From assembly GCA_002269645.1 (NCBI GenBank), contig NIVC01001505.1:124001-188000 (forward strand): DNA of 64,000 bases, given 5' to 3'. The DNA is from Macrostomum lignano (lineage: Eukaryota). The notes under the pieces are model-generated. The model did no database searches, had not been told where the DNA came from, and saw nothing but the letters and a program-made list of their open reading frames with translations. This document shows, in pieces, positions 38,901 through 51,870 of this stretch (position 1 is its first letter; every line of letters begins with the position of its first letter). A program made the position numbers and the translations under genes.

Positions 38901-41900
38901 GTCGAAAACAAAATTTGCATCAGACTGCATAAACTATAAATTTCACAAGCCCTAAATTTCACAAGCCATACTTTTCATAAGACCTAATTTTCACAACGTC
39001 GAAAAGTTGTGCACAGAATTTCACAAGCTCTAAAAACACTATGGAGATACAATCTTTCAGACGTGCTTTTAGACGTTGTGAAATTTAGGTCTTGTGAAAG
39101 ATTGTATCTCCATAGTGTTTTTAGGCGTTGTGAAATTTAGGTCTTGTGAAAGATTGTATCTCCATAGTGTTTTTAGGCGTTGTGAAATTTAGGTCTTGTG
39201 AAAGATTGTATCTCCATAGTGTTTTTAGGCGTTGTGAAATTTAGGTCTTGTGAAAGATTGTATCTCCATAGTGTTTTTAGGCGTTGTGAAATTTAGGTCT
39301 TGTGAAAGATTGTATCTCCATAGTGTTTTTAGGCGTTGTGAAATTTAGGGCTTGTGAAAGATTGTATCTCCATAGTGTTTTTAGGCGTTGTGAAATTTAG
39401 GGCTTGTGAAAGATTGTATCTCCATAGTGTTTTTAGGAGTTGTGAAATTTAGGTCTTGTGAAAGATTGTATCTCCATAGTGTTTTTAGGCGTTGTGAAAT
39501 TTAGGGCTTGTGAAAGATTGTATCTCCATAGTGTTTTTAGGCGTTGTGAAATTTAGGGCTTGTGAAAGATTGTATCTCCATAGTGTTTTTAGGCGTTGTG
39601 AAATTTAGGGCTTGTGAAAGATTGTATCTCCATAGTGTTTTTAGGCGTTGTGAAATTTAGGGCTTGTGAAAGATTGTATCTCCATAGTGTTTTTAGGCGT
39701 TGTGAAATTTAGGGCTTGTGAAAGATTGTATCTCCATAGTGTTTTTAGGCGTTGTGAAATTTAGGGCTTGTGAAAGATTGTATCTCCATAGTGTTTTTAG
39801 GCGTTGTGAAATTTAGGTCTTGTGAAAGATTGTATCTCCATAGTGTTTTTAGGCGTTGTGAAATTTAGGGCTTGTGAAAGATTGTATCTCCATAGTGTTT
39901 TTAGGCGTTGTGAAATTTAGAGCTTGCGAAATTTAGAGCTTCTGAAAATAGAAGCAAATTTAATTTTCGACGTTGTGATATTTAGGGTTTGTGAAATTTA
40001 GGGTTTGTGAAATTTAGAGATAGTGAAATTTAGGGCTTTTGAAATTCTGTGCATGCCTTTTAGGTGTTATGAAATTTAGGGCTTGTGAAATTTAGGTCTT
40101 GTGAAATCTGCTGCATTGCTTATTTTCGACGTTGTGAAAATAAGGGTTTATGAAATATAGGTCTTATGAAAGGTTCTGGTTTCGACGTTGTGAAAATTAG
40201 GGTTTATGAAATATAGGTCTTATGAAAGGTTCTGGCTTCGACGTTGTGAAAATTAGGGTTTGTGAAACGACCCTACAAATGCTAGTAGAGAAATATAGGA
40301 AGATTACATATTTAATTAAAGATCTATGGTTAGCTAAGACTGGCCCAGCTACTGGGGATCTGGGAGGCTGGCCCAGAAACTGAGGATCTGGGAGGCTGGC
40401 CCAGCAACTGGGGATCTGGGAGGCTGGCCCAGCAACTGAGGATCTGGGAGGCTGGCCCAGCAACTGACACTCTGGGAGGCTGGCCGAGCAACTGAGGATC
40501 TGGGAGGCTGAATGGCCCAGCAACTGAGGATCTGGGAGGCTGGCTCAGCAACTGAGGATCTGGAAGGGTGGCCCAGCAACTGAGGATCTGGGAGGCTGGC
40601 CCAGCAAATGAGGATCTGGGAGGCTGGCCCAGCAACTGAGGATCTGGGAGGCTGGCCCAGCAACTGAGGATCTGGAAGGGTGGCCCAGCAACTGAGGATC
40701 TGGGAGGCTGGCCCAGCAACTGAGGATCTGGAAGGGTGGCCCAGCAACTGAGGATCTGGGAGGCTGACTGATCTGGGAGGCTGGCCCAGCAACTGAGGAT
40801 CTGGGAGGCTGGCCCAGCAACTGAGGATCTGGGAGGCTGGCCTAGCAACTGAGGACCTGGGAGGCTGGCTCAGCAACTGAGGATCTGGGAGGCTGGCTCA
40901 GCAACTGAGGATCTGGGAGGCTGGCTCAGCAACTGAGGATCTGGAAGGGTGGCCCAGCAACTGAGGATCTCCATGAGGGAGGATCTCCCATCACTCACCT
41001 CGGTAGAGTCCGAACACGCCCTCGAAGCGGATGACCTTCTTGAAGCAGTCCCAGGAGTTGCGGTACAGCACCTCGCCAACCGTGGAGGTGCGCTGGTTTT
41101 GCATCCGGGTCTTCACCAGATCGATGGGATACACGGCCGTGGCTCCGATGGCGCCCGCGATGGCGCCCAGCGAGAAGCGGTACACCTGCTCCAGTATGGA
41201 CAGCAGGAATGTCCGGCCGCGGCCCTCAGCCCGGGTCTCCACAGCGTCCTGCACCCGGCGGGCGGCGGTGTCCGGGGCGTACTTGCTGGTGTACTCATCG
41301 AATGGCGCCATCCGCTTCACGTCGTAGTAGGAGATGCAGTCGTCTTCGCGAAGAAACTTGGCGAGTTGGAACAGGATGTCCACCTCCAGCGGAGTGAGCT
41401 GATTGTAGCTCATGGCATCGTTGGTGAGCTCCTCGCGAGTGACCGGGGCGTGTACATCGTTGCCAGTGCGGGCTTGGATAAGTTTCTTCAATAGCTCCAT
41501 GTTGTTGAGCAGCGAGATGAACGCATTGAAATAGGAGAAGCTGATGTGGCTGCCGTGCTCGGCGCCGAACACCACCTAAAACGATTGTGGGGTGGGTGAG
41601 GACTTGGGTGTAGTTGGGTGGGGTGTACATGGGTTTTTGTGAGACCGAGTGTATTCTGGAGTGCGTGGGGAGTGTACGTTGGGGTAAATAGGGGGGTGTA
41701 TATTAGGTGAATAGATGGGTGTACATTGGAGTGGATAGGGGGAGTGTACATTGGGGTGGAAAGGGGGAGTGTAAATTGGGGTGGATAGGAGGGAATGTAC
41801 ATTGGGGTGGATAGGAGGGAATGTACATTGGGGTGAATATGAGGAGGGTTATTAGGGTGGATAGGGGGAGTGTACATTGGGGCGGATAGGAGGGAATGTA

Positions 41901-44900
41901 CATTGGGGTGGATAGGGGTGTGTACATTGGGGTGGATAGGGGCTGTGTACATTGGGGTGGATAGGGGGAGTGTAAATTGGGGTGTATAGGAGGGAATGTA
42001 CATTGGGGTGGATAGGAGGGAATGTACATTGGGGTGGATATGAGGAGTGTACATTAGGGTGGATATGAGGAGTGTACATTAGGGTGGATAGGGGGAGTGT
42101 ACATTAGGGTGGATAGGGGGAGTGTACATTGGGGAGTGTACATTGGGATTATGTAGTGATGAAAGATGGAGAAAAGTTACTAAGAAGTCGCAACAAACCC
42201 CAGAGATCTCAATTCACCTGCATGAGATGGTCGCGCAGGAACGGAGTCAGCAGATTGGATTTCAGCTGCACCATAATGTTGACAAAGTCCATAGCGCGAA
42301 TTTTGCCCTCGTTGCGTTTGTCGCTGCGTTGAAAAGCTTGCAAAGCGTGCTCTTCGTGAAAGTCCTGGATAGTTTACGCGTTGTGTCCATTAAGTCTAAT
42401 GCTAAAAGATATTGTTGTAACTTTATAAATATACATAGCCTCGATAAGAAATACTCACGTGGATGAGCTGGGTGAACTCCTCATAACTGACAATCTGATC
42501 GCGAGCTTTTCCAAAGTGCAAATCAATAAAATCGCAATCGAAATTAAACGGATATTGCCGATGCAGCGTGGTGACCGTGATGACCGATTTGAATTCGGCT
42601 GAAAGTATTTTTGTTAAAAATGTGTTTTATGTACTTCTTACAAGTATTTTTAGTTAAAGCAGGAAGTAACCTGGAGAGAGGGGACAATCTAAGGTAAGGG
42701 CGGACAGCAACTTGAAGAGGCAGACAGCAACCTGAAGAAGGGGCAGACAGCAACCTGAGGAAGGGGCAGACAGCAACCTGAGGAAGGGGCAGACAGCAAC
42801 CTGAGGAAGGGGCAGACAGCGACCTGAGGAAGGGACGGACAGCAACCTGAGGAAGGGGCAGACAGCAACCTGAGGAAGGGGCGGACAGCAACCTGAGGAA
42901 GGGGCGGACAGCAACCTGAGGAAGGGGCAGACAGCAACCTGAGGAAGGGGCAGACAGCAACCTGAGGAAGGGGCAGACAGCGACCTGAGGAAGGGACGGA
43001 CAGCAACCTGAGGAAGGGGCAGACAGCAACCTGAGGAAGGGGCAGACAGCGACCTGAGGAAGGGACGGACAGCAACCTGAGGAAGGGGCAGACAGCAACC
43101 TGAGGAAGGGGCAGACAGCAACCTGAGGAAGGGACGGACAGCAACCTGAGGAAGGGACGGACAGCAACCTGAGGTAGGGGCGGACAGCAACCTGAGGTAG
43201 GGGCGGACAGCAACCTGAGGTAGGGGCGGACATCAACCTGAGGTAGGGGCGGACATCAACCTGAGGTAGGGGCGGACAGCAACCTGAGGTAGGGGCGGAC
43301 AGCAACCTGAGGTAGGGGCGGACAGCAAGCTGAGGAAGGGGCGGACAGCAACCTGAGGAAGGGGCGGACAGCAACCTGAGGAAGGGGCAGACAGCAACCT
43401 GAGGAAGGGACGGACAGCAACCTGAGGTAGGGGCGGACAGCAACCTGAGGTAGGGGCGGACAGCAACCTGAGGTAGGGGCGGACAGCAACCTGAGGTAGG
43501 GGCGGACATCAACCTGAGGTAGGGGCGGACAGCAACCTGAGGTAGGGGCGGACAGCAACCTGAGGTAGGGGCGGACAGCAAGCTGAGGAAGGGGCGGACA
43601 GCAACCTGAGGAAGGGGCAGACAGCAACCTGAGGAAGGGGCAGACAGCAACCTGAGGAAGGGACGGACAGCAACCTGAGGTAGGGGCGGACAGCAACCTG
43701 AGGTAGGGGCGGACAGCAACCTGAGGTAGGGGCGGACAGCAACCTGAGGTAGGGGCAGACAGCAACCTGAGGTAGGGGCGGACAGCAACCTGAGGTAGGG
43801 GCGGACAGCAACCTGAGGTAGGGGCGGACAGCAAGCTGAGGTAGGGGCGGACAGCAAGCATGCGAATCTCAAACAAAACACTAACAGAAAGAGACGTATC
43901 CATTGCCGTTAACATCGAACAGATCGAATGCAATTCTGTATGCGTGATCGGGCAAGGAAAGCAAGCCTTCGAATGTTTCGAACTCTTCGAAGCTGATTAA
44001 GCCGTCTTTGTCGTAGTCTGCGATGGTGCCAAGCTGTTTGACGGTGTCCTCGTTGGCATTCTCGAAACAGTAGAGGCCAAGAAACTTCTGTACGAAGTCC
44101 GGATAGGTCATGTACAGGGAGCCGCTCTTGTGCACGCTGGCGAACTGTAAGGCATGGGAGGGCGATTCTTAATGCGATTCTTGAGCGACAGCTGAGGGCA
44201 GATTCTGACAAGATTCTCACCGACAGCTGAGGGCAGATTCTGACAAGATTCTCACCGACAGCTGAGGGCAGATTCTGACAAGATTCTCACCGACAGCTGA
44301 GGGCAGATTCTGACAAGATTCTCACCGACAGCTGAGGGCAGATTCTGACAAGATTCTTGAGGGACAGCTGAGGGCAGATTCTGACAAGATTCTCACCGAC
44401 AGCTGAGGGCAGATTCTGACAAGATTCTCACCGACAGCTGAGGGCAGATTCTGACAAGATTCTCACCGACAGCTGAGGGCAGATTCTGACAAGATTCTTG
44501 AGGGACAGCTGAGGGCAGATTCTGACAAGATTCTCAGGGACAGCTGAAGGCAGATTCTGACAAGATTCTTGAGGGACAGCTGAGGGCAGATTCTGACAAT
44601 ATCCTCAGGGGCAGATTCTGACAAGATTCTCATGGACAGCTGAGGGCAGATTCTGACAAGATTCTCACCGACAGCTGAGGGCAGATTCTGACAAGATTCT
44701 CAGGGACAGCTGAAGGCAGATTCTGACAAGATTCTCAGGGACAGCTGAGCGCAGATTCTGACAAGATCCTCAGGGGCAGATTCTGACAAGATTCTCATGG
44801 ACAGCTGAGGGCAGATTCTGACAAGATTCTCACCGACAGCTGAGGGCAGATTCTGACAAGATTCTCAGGGACAGCTGAAGGCAGATTCTGACAAGATTCT

Positions 44901-45862
44901 CAGGGACAGCTGAGCGCAGATTCTGACAAGATTCTCACCGACAGCTGAGGGCAGATTCTGACAAGATTCTCAGGGACAGCTGAAGGCAGATTCTGACAAG
45001 ATTCTCAGGGACAGCCGAGGGCAGATTCTGACAAGATTCTCACCGACAGCTGAGGGCAGATTCTGACAAGATTCTCATGGACAGCTGAGGGCAGATTCTG
45101 ACAAGATTCTCATGGACAGCTGAGGGCAGATTCTGACAAGATTCTCATGGACAGCTGAGGGCAGATTCTGACAAGATTCTCATGGACAGCTGAGGGCAGA
45201 TTCTGACAAGATTCTTGAGGGACAGCTGAGGGCAGATTCTGACAAGATCCTCAGGGGCAGATTCTGACAAGATCCTTAGGGACAGCTGAGGGCAGATTCT
45301 GACAAGATCCTCAGGGGCAGATTCTGACAAGATCCTTAGAGACAGCTGAGGGCAGATTCTGACAAGATCCTCAGGGGCAGATTCTGACAAGATCCTTAGG
45401 GACAGCTGAGGGCAGATTCTGACAAGATCCTCAGGGGCAAATTCTGACAAGATCCTTAGGGACAGCTGAGGGCAGATTCTGACAAGATTCTTAGGGACAG
45501 CTGAGGGCAGATTCTGACAAGATTCTCAGGGACAGCTGAGGGAAGATTCTGACAAGATTCTTAGGGACAGCTGAGGGCAGATTCTGACAAGCTATGTGAA
45601 TTGAAAAGATCATAAAAATATTGCAAAGACCCAGCATTACCTTCTGAAAAACATACTCCAAGTTTTCTCGATCTGCTCGCTTTGTTGAGAACTAAAATAT
45701 GAGAAGTTGAGAAACACAATCAGCTAAAAATTCAATAAGGATAATTGAGCAATTGGGCACCTGTTAATGACTTACCTTCTTAGCCGATTCACAGTGCACA
45801 TGTGCAGCACTAAACAATGGCATGCGGCTGCTTAGCCTACGAATGTTGAATATGTCAGCCAT
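35962..45862 (-). CDS. SLC25A12: Calcium-binding mitochondrial aspartate/glutamate carrier (aralar/citrin, SLC25A12/13 ortholog), ~698 aa
   Basis: 10 exons (minus): 45776-45862 (alternative ATG 45823), 45641-45691, 43886-44144, 42459-42598, 42218-42364, 40999-41575, 38443-38684, 37766-37996, 36946-37139, 35962-36130. 2097 nt in frame. EF-hands ([23 protein letters not shown]), carrier motifs ([35 protein letters not shown]) and C-terminal NPDHIGGYK. The invertebrate gene is co-orthologous to SLC25A12 and SLC25A13. Confidence 0.96.
36280..36830. repeat. 23-bp minisatellite (ggaaattttaggagactggttgg)n in SLC25 intron 9
   Basis: Direct tandem repetition. Confidence 0.93.
37245..37700. repeat. 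21-bp minisatellite (gggagacaaggtagataatta)n in SLC25 intron 8
   Basis: Direct tandem repetition. Confidence 0.93.
38090..38300. repeat. 23-bp minisatellite (tgcatgactcatcttatgccctg)n in SLC25 intron 7
   Basis: Direct tandem repetition. Confidence 0.9.
38810..40260. repeat. ~50-bp minisatellite with an inverted segment at its left end, SLC25 intron 6
   Basis: Unit gcgttgtgaaatttagggcttgtgaaagattgtatctccatagtgtttttag repeated over 39075-39920; reverse-complement copies at 38810-39060. Confidence 0.92.
40340..40970. repeat. ~28-bp minisatellite (actgaggatctgggaggctggcccagca)n in SLC25 intron 6
   Basis: Direct tandem repetition; same unit as 12266-12745. Confidence 0.95.
41620..42140. repeat. 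~25-bp minisatellite (gggggagtgtacattggggtggata)n in SLC25 intron 5
   Basis: Direct tandem repetition. Confidence 0.92.
42700..43860. repeat. 23-bp minisatellite (agcaacctgaggaaggggcagac)n in SLC25 intron 3
   Basis: Direct tandem repetition; source of the LSAPSSGCC ORFs. Confidence 0.96.
44180..45590. repeat. 33-bp minisatellite (gacagctgagggcagattctgacaagattctca)n in SLC25 intron 2
   Basis: Direct tandem repetition. Confidence 0.96.
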
Positions 45863-48800
45863 GAATATTGTGAAATAAATTTATATTATGGTACTTGTAG
45901 TGACATTAATCTTTTTTCTTAATGATATTTTCATGCTAATTTAGAATGGTTAAAAAATAGCTATTTACTTCAAATGGTTTGTATGGTTTTGAATTTGAAC
46001 TAGTGATAACTTTACTAAGCTTTAATAAATTTTACTATACTGATCTCCCAAAAATTAGTTTCCATGGCAATTATATAGAGCTTGAAGTTCTGTTTTTGAC
46101 GCAACCTAAAAATATATTTTATTGCTATCAAACCTAATGATGCATCCTGTTTGCAGTTTGCTCAAAATTAAACTTCCTATTAGAAATTTCAATGAGACAA
46201 ATATTCAAAGATACATATATACCTATATCTTTAAATTACATAATTACCATTTTGGCCAAAATGCTAAATAGCTAAATTGGTTTAGGGGTAAAATGGACTA
46301 TGGATAAAATTATCTAAGGTGAAATATCATCCATGGCTAAAATAGTTTGAAGGCAAAACAATAAAATTTATTATATTATAGTCAATCTAGATTAAAACAA
46401 ATTATAAATTTAGACTGAAAAAAATTATAAAACAAAAGTGCATTACCATTAGGCCTAGATAGAACAGAAGAGACCCAAGAGCCAAATCATTTATTTTCAA
46501 TGTCTAATAGGTTAAATTAAATAGGTTTAAACTAAAAAATATTAATTTCTTAAAAGTGATCTAAATTTATTCTTAAACTAGGCCTGGTCCTATGATTGTT
46601 AAATTTAAAGATTATTTTTCTGTCTTATAATTTTGAGTTTTTATTACTTGGGAGGCCTTCTTCTTTCATCTCATAAATCTCTAGCAAGGGCTGCTAGGCC
46701 CTAGGCTGAATCTAACCTGCTTAAAGGGCTAATTCTAAACTAGAATCTAGAGCTTTAGATTTACAAAGTTGTCATTTTATCCAAGGATCCCAGGTTTATA
46801 AATTAGGCCTATACAATGGGATCCTAGACCTAGGAATTCAAAGCATCAAGATGAAGATTTTGATTGTCATCTTAATATCCTAGGCCTATCCTATCACTAT
46901 CTCAAAAATTATGACAGCAGCTGAAGATACAGATAGGCCCTATTTCCTTTAAATTTTATAATTCATATAATATGGCCTAGGCCTACTGACAACGTCATAT
47001 GTAATATTTTGTGACAGACAAAATGATTATCGATATTGTATTGTATTTTTGTAAATGAAAGAGTGGAAGACGAACTAGCAGCAGTCGAAAACGATCTTCA
47101 ACATCAACTGTTGAACCTACATTGTACTATTGTAGATTGTCATGTCACGGGGCAGCCATGTCACGGTGCCATTTGCAACAAAAACATGGATTCTGTTTGA
47201 AAAAACAACTATAATAGGTCCATAGGTTCCAAGTTTTGATGCAAACTAGAATAAAAATCAGCTGTGTGGAAATAGATTAATGGAAACCACCTTGACCCTT
47301 GTCTAAGGCGAGCCCCCGGCGCAAGACCTGATATCACGCACTTTGAGAGTGATTTACTAGAAATGAGAATGAGCATGAAGTGAACTAGGGCCTATAAACA
47401 CCCAGTTTTTACTTCTGGTTCATCTTTATCAGTTGCAGCACTTTTGCGGACATTTAAAACAATTAGGCCCCCTAGGTGTAGTAAGAACTGATATAATATT
47501 AGCATAATTACAAATTGTTTAAACTGTCATTCCCAGGAAAGGTTTCTGCATATTTAAATTTTAACTATGGCATTTTTTGATTGGCTAAAAGTGTCTAGTA
47601 TAGTCTAGTATTCCCCAGAAAAAATAATTGCGCACACTTTTATAAATGTATATATTGGCCTAATATAAAGCTTTAAGTTCTGAGCATTCTTATGAATTAT
47701 GCCATACCGAAGCTGGGCAATAGGCTTCCTTAATTCTAAGTAAGTGATAGGCATATGTAAACATAAAAGCAAAACCAAAAGATTTTAAACAAAGATTTGC
47801 TTATTTATAAATTAATTATTTATGTATTAGCAAAAAAATTGTAGCCAACTGATAATTTTTATTAGTGCCATTGTAATTTTCAACTAATCATAATTTGCTA
47901 CTAGGCCTATCTTTTATTGTTTTGATCTGTTAGGCCCCTATCAATAACTCATTTTTGTTGCTATTCTAAGAAATATTGCCAACTTAGCAAGCTAAATATA
48001 TTGCTTTCTTAGTCTACATGCATTCTGTTCTGTTGAGTGCCAAGGTGGTAACCAGTCATTTCGCCCATAAACCATTTTGACCATGGACATTTTGCCCCAG
48101 ACCATTTTGCCCAGACTATTTCACCCATATATATAGACAATTTTGGCCATGGACCATCTTGCCTCCAATTGCCCTAGTTTGGCCAAGGTGTTGCCCAAAC
48201 TTGGAGAAAAGTAACTTAAAAGTAAAAGAAAAGAGAATTTTAATGACAATATATTTTATTATTGACTGACTTAGAAATAATTATATATGTATTATACTGT
48301 ATTGTAACTTCAGTCTTTAATTTAATTCAATTCATTCCAGGCCAAACCCTTTCTCTTTTTTACCCTCTAATTATTTAAGTTGGCTTTAATTGAAGGAATG
48401 ACTTTTAAAAAACTCATAATAATTCACAATTATAACAAACAAAATCACAATAAATTAATAATGCAATAACACAATTGTTGTAGCAACAATTTTGATCATA
48501 TTTTATTAGACATGAAAACTAAAAATTAGCATTGAAAAAAAGAAAATAAAGATACATATATGGCTATATCTTTAAATTACACAATCACCATTTTGGTCGA
48601 AATGCCTAGGCCTAGTACCCATTTTCATATTCATGAGTTTATTAGTAAATGAATATTTGAATTAATTTTTGAATTTGAATTAATGACCAGATAAACAATA
48701 CATTTAAACAATAAAAAGATATATAAAAGGCATAGAAAAATTAATAGTTGAGCAAAAAACATAGAATATAAGCTTACAGTAGTTTAGTCTAATCAGTGAG

Positions 48801-49900
48801 TACAATGTATAACCTCAAAGTATAGTTGCAGTTAAACCAATAATTGTTGCTATGCCATTACACAAAAAACACTGAGCAACACATAGAGCTATGGCTCCTA
48901 CTAAGGTTGTTGCTATGGCTGCTTTTTACTAGACTCAACTCAAAATACATATAGGCCTAGTTAAAAATATACTATAGATAGCAGGTTTTTTTAATTTAAT
49001 GCCATGGCATTTTATACGTAGATACAGATGTCTATGGCTGCTCTGTAGGGTCTAAAGCCTTTCTTTATTTTCTATATTGTTATTTATTATAATATGGCTA
49101 TTTTATACCATGTTATATCATAAGCTAGTCAAAGTGGTCTTTGCCAAAGAACATTCAGATTTATAAAGGAGTCCTTAGTGCACATGCATAAGGTATATAT
49201 ACTAGGGATATTAGGGTCCATAGTATATATTAATAAATAGATAAAAGGGGTTTGAGAGTTTTGTGTCTATTTGAATAGTACATATTAAGGTTCTCAAAGG
49301 TGTATAATAGGTATAGACCTATGCAACTTTGCTAGCATAAGCTATATGACTCTAAAAATTATATAAACTTTGTTATGAAGCATACTTATTTGTTAATCTA
49401 TTAATTTTAATAAAATTTTGGCTCAGATTTTGCCTTAGCTAAGCTACAATCCTAATGATTAATAAATCTAGCTATCAACTTTATCAATCTCATTTTGCCT
49501 TCTCAAAGTATCAGTAAAGTATAGCTGGCTCTTAGATGGCCACTAGATTCTTTTGTACATAGGTCATGTGATTTAGTGGCTCATTTGATAGCAGTGTGAA
49601 TAGGCTTTAACTATACGGCAGTTTTCAAGCTGCTAGGCCAGGGGTCAAAAACTCCAACCCATGGACTACATGGGCCTGCAAAGCTTTTCTACAATATTAA
49701 CCTGGCCTGCTCAAGGTTTGTGTCTATTCTCAGCTCTCTTTCCTTTGTTCCCTCTTCTCTTTTCTCTTTCTCCCCTTCTTAGCTCATCTCATTTTATCTT
49801 CTCTCTCCTCTATCCCCTCCCATCTGGCACACAGCTGTGAGCTAGATAGATAACCATCTATAGAGCATATAATTGAAGCATGAGATGAATTATAAATCAC
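45863..49900. promoter_or_regulatory. AT-rich divergent intergenic region, candidate bidirectional promoter
   Basis: Lies between the head-to-head 5' ends of SLC25 (minus) and LIPT2 (plus). AT-rich, no ORFs in the track, no long tandem array. No specific promoter element identified. Confidence 0.4.
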
Positions 49901-49927
49901 TAATATGTTAGCCCACCCTGCTTGCAG

Positions 49928-51102
49928 TCAGCTGCTGCTGGCCCCAGTCCCAGGAGGCTGATCCGGGCCATCTGGCACGGCCGCCTCAGCTACAAGGAAG
50001 GCCTATTATTGCAACGCTTTCACTCAGCTTTGCTGCGCAGTCGGCCCCTGAAAGCAGACTGTCTGCTATTGCTCGAGCATCGCCCAGTGTACACCGTCGG
50101 CATTCGCGGCGTCGATCCGGCAAATTCGGCCGACGGCGACACCGACCAGCTGGCGGCTCGGCTGCGCTCAATTGGCGCCGAGTTTCATCGCGCCGACCGC
50201 GGCGGCCTGCTGACATTCCACGGGCCCGGCCAGCTGGTGGCCTACCCGATGCTGGACCTGAGGAACCACGGCCGCAGTCTCAGGGACTACGTGTGCCGGC
50301 TGCAGCGAACTGTTGTGGATCTGTGCGCCAGGGGCTACGGGCTTGGGGACGCGCGCACTACTGAGGATGTGGGCGTGTGGATTGCCGACCGGAAGGTGAG
50401 CTGTGGTTGTAGTTTTTATTTTGCTGCTTTCACTTTTCTGTATTTGGACCATCTTTCTTTGACTTCCCATTGTCTCTAGATTAGATTCACCACGATCACA
50501 GCTTCCTAATGTTATAGAATCTGCCTGACCCTCGATTCTCCATGACCTTAGATTCTTCCCTAACCCTCGATTCTTCCTGACCTTCGATTCTTCCTAACCC
50601 TCGATTCTCCCTAACCCTCGGTTCTCCCTGACCTTCGATTCTTCCCTAACACTCGATTCTCCCTGACCTTCGATTCTTCCCTAACCCTCGATTCTCCCTG
50701 ACCTTCGATTCTTCCCTAACACTCGATTCTCCCTGACCTTCGATTCTCCCTGACCCTCGATCCCCCTGATCCTCGATTCTGCCTGATACTTAGTTATTGA
50801 GATGATTCCCAGTTCCCATGATGCCACTCCCCAATCCTCAGGTAGCAGCACTAGGAGTTCACGCGGCCAATTACCTCACCTCGCACGGTGTGGCCATCAA
50901 TTGCAACGTAGACCTGGCCTGGTTCCAACATATCGTTCCCTGCGGCCTGCTAGGCAAGTCCGTGACCTCGCTAACCAACGAGCTGGGCCGCGACGTGTCA
51001 GTAGAGTCGGTGTTGCCAGAGTTTTTAGATTCGTTTAGCGCCGAGTTCAATTGCGAAGTGCAGCTGACTAGAGCTGCTACTGCTGACTTCTGTGTGGAAT
51101 GA
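49928..51102 (+). CDS. LIPT2: Mitochondrial octanoyltransferase (LipB/LIPT2), ~243 aa; start codon not found in cis
   Basis: Exons 49928-50395 and 50842-51102 (phase 0, GT-AG). LipB motifs LLLEHRPVYTVG, DRGGLLTFHGPGQLVAYP, GVWIADRKVAALG, HGVAINCNVDLAWFQHIVPCGL. In-frame TAA at 49901-49903, with no ATG before the conserved region. Confidence 0.93.
50525..50790. repeat. ~18-bp minisatellite (cctcgattctccctaac)n in the LIPT2 intron
   Basis: Direct tandem repetition. Confidence 0.9.
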
Positions 51103-51344
51103 TTGATTGGTTTAGAATTATTTCATCTACTAGTTATTTTTATCTGTCTTTCTGTAGCTGTATCAGGTTTACACTTGTAATGATTGTGTCTACCAAATAT
51201 AAAGTTGAAAGCTTTACTGTTCTTACAGTATGGCATTAGTAGTCTTGATCTTGAATGTCTACCTATTCAAATACTTTGCTAGAATATTATTTTTGCAAAT
51301 ATATCTTTTTGTTCTGTTACGTGCTTGTATGCAGTTTTTTATAT

Positions 51345-51870
51345 GCTTGGTTGGACAGATTCTGGCATTTGTTGTGAGCTGGGTTTGGCAGATTCTGACA
51401 GTTGCTTGTGAGCTGGGTTTGACAGATTCTGACATTTGTTGTGAGCTGGGTTTGGCAGATTCTGACAGTTGCTTGTGAGCTGGGTTTGGCAGATTCTGAC
51501 ATTTGTTGTGAGCTGGGTTTGGCAGATTCTAATAGATGTTTGTGAGCTGGGTTTGGCAGATTCTGACAGTTGTTTGTGAGCTGGGTTTGGCAGATTCTGG
51601 CAGATGCTTGTGAGCTGGGTTTGGCAGATTCTGGCAGATGCTTGTGAGATGAGTTTGGCAGATTCTGGAATTTGTTGTGAGCTGGGTTTGGCAGATTCTA
51701 ATAGATGTTTGTGAGCTGGGTTTGGCAGATTCTGGCAGTTGTTTGTGAGCTGGGTTTGGCAGATTCTGGCAGATGCTTGTGAGCTGAGTTTGGCAGATTC
51801 TGACAGATGTTTGTGAGCTGGGTTTGGCAGATTCTGACAGTTGTTGATGAGCTGGGTTTGGCAGATTCTG
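51345..51870. repeat. 34-bp minisatellite (tttgtgagctgggtttggcagattctgacagttg)n in the LIPT2-MRPL39 spacer
   Basis: Direct tandem repetition. Confidence 0.94.

Noticed and set aside
3722-45590. Universal strand bias (C-rich sense strand) of intronic arrays
   Set aside because: Holds for many arrays but is reversed at 3722, 16830, 24650 and 27425, so it is not a rule.
47270-47400. GC-richer island in the AT-rich spacer as a possible ncRNA
   Set aside because: No recognisable tRNA, snRNA or SL RNA features by eye; would need an Infernal/Rfam search.
49636-49720. caggggtcaaaaactcc...gggcctgc resembling a hAT MITE end
   Set aside because: Short and degenerate, with no matching opposite end or TSD found.
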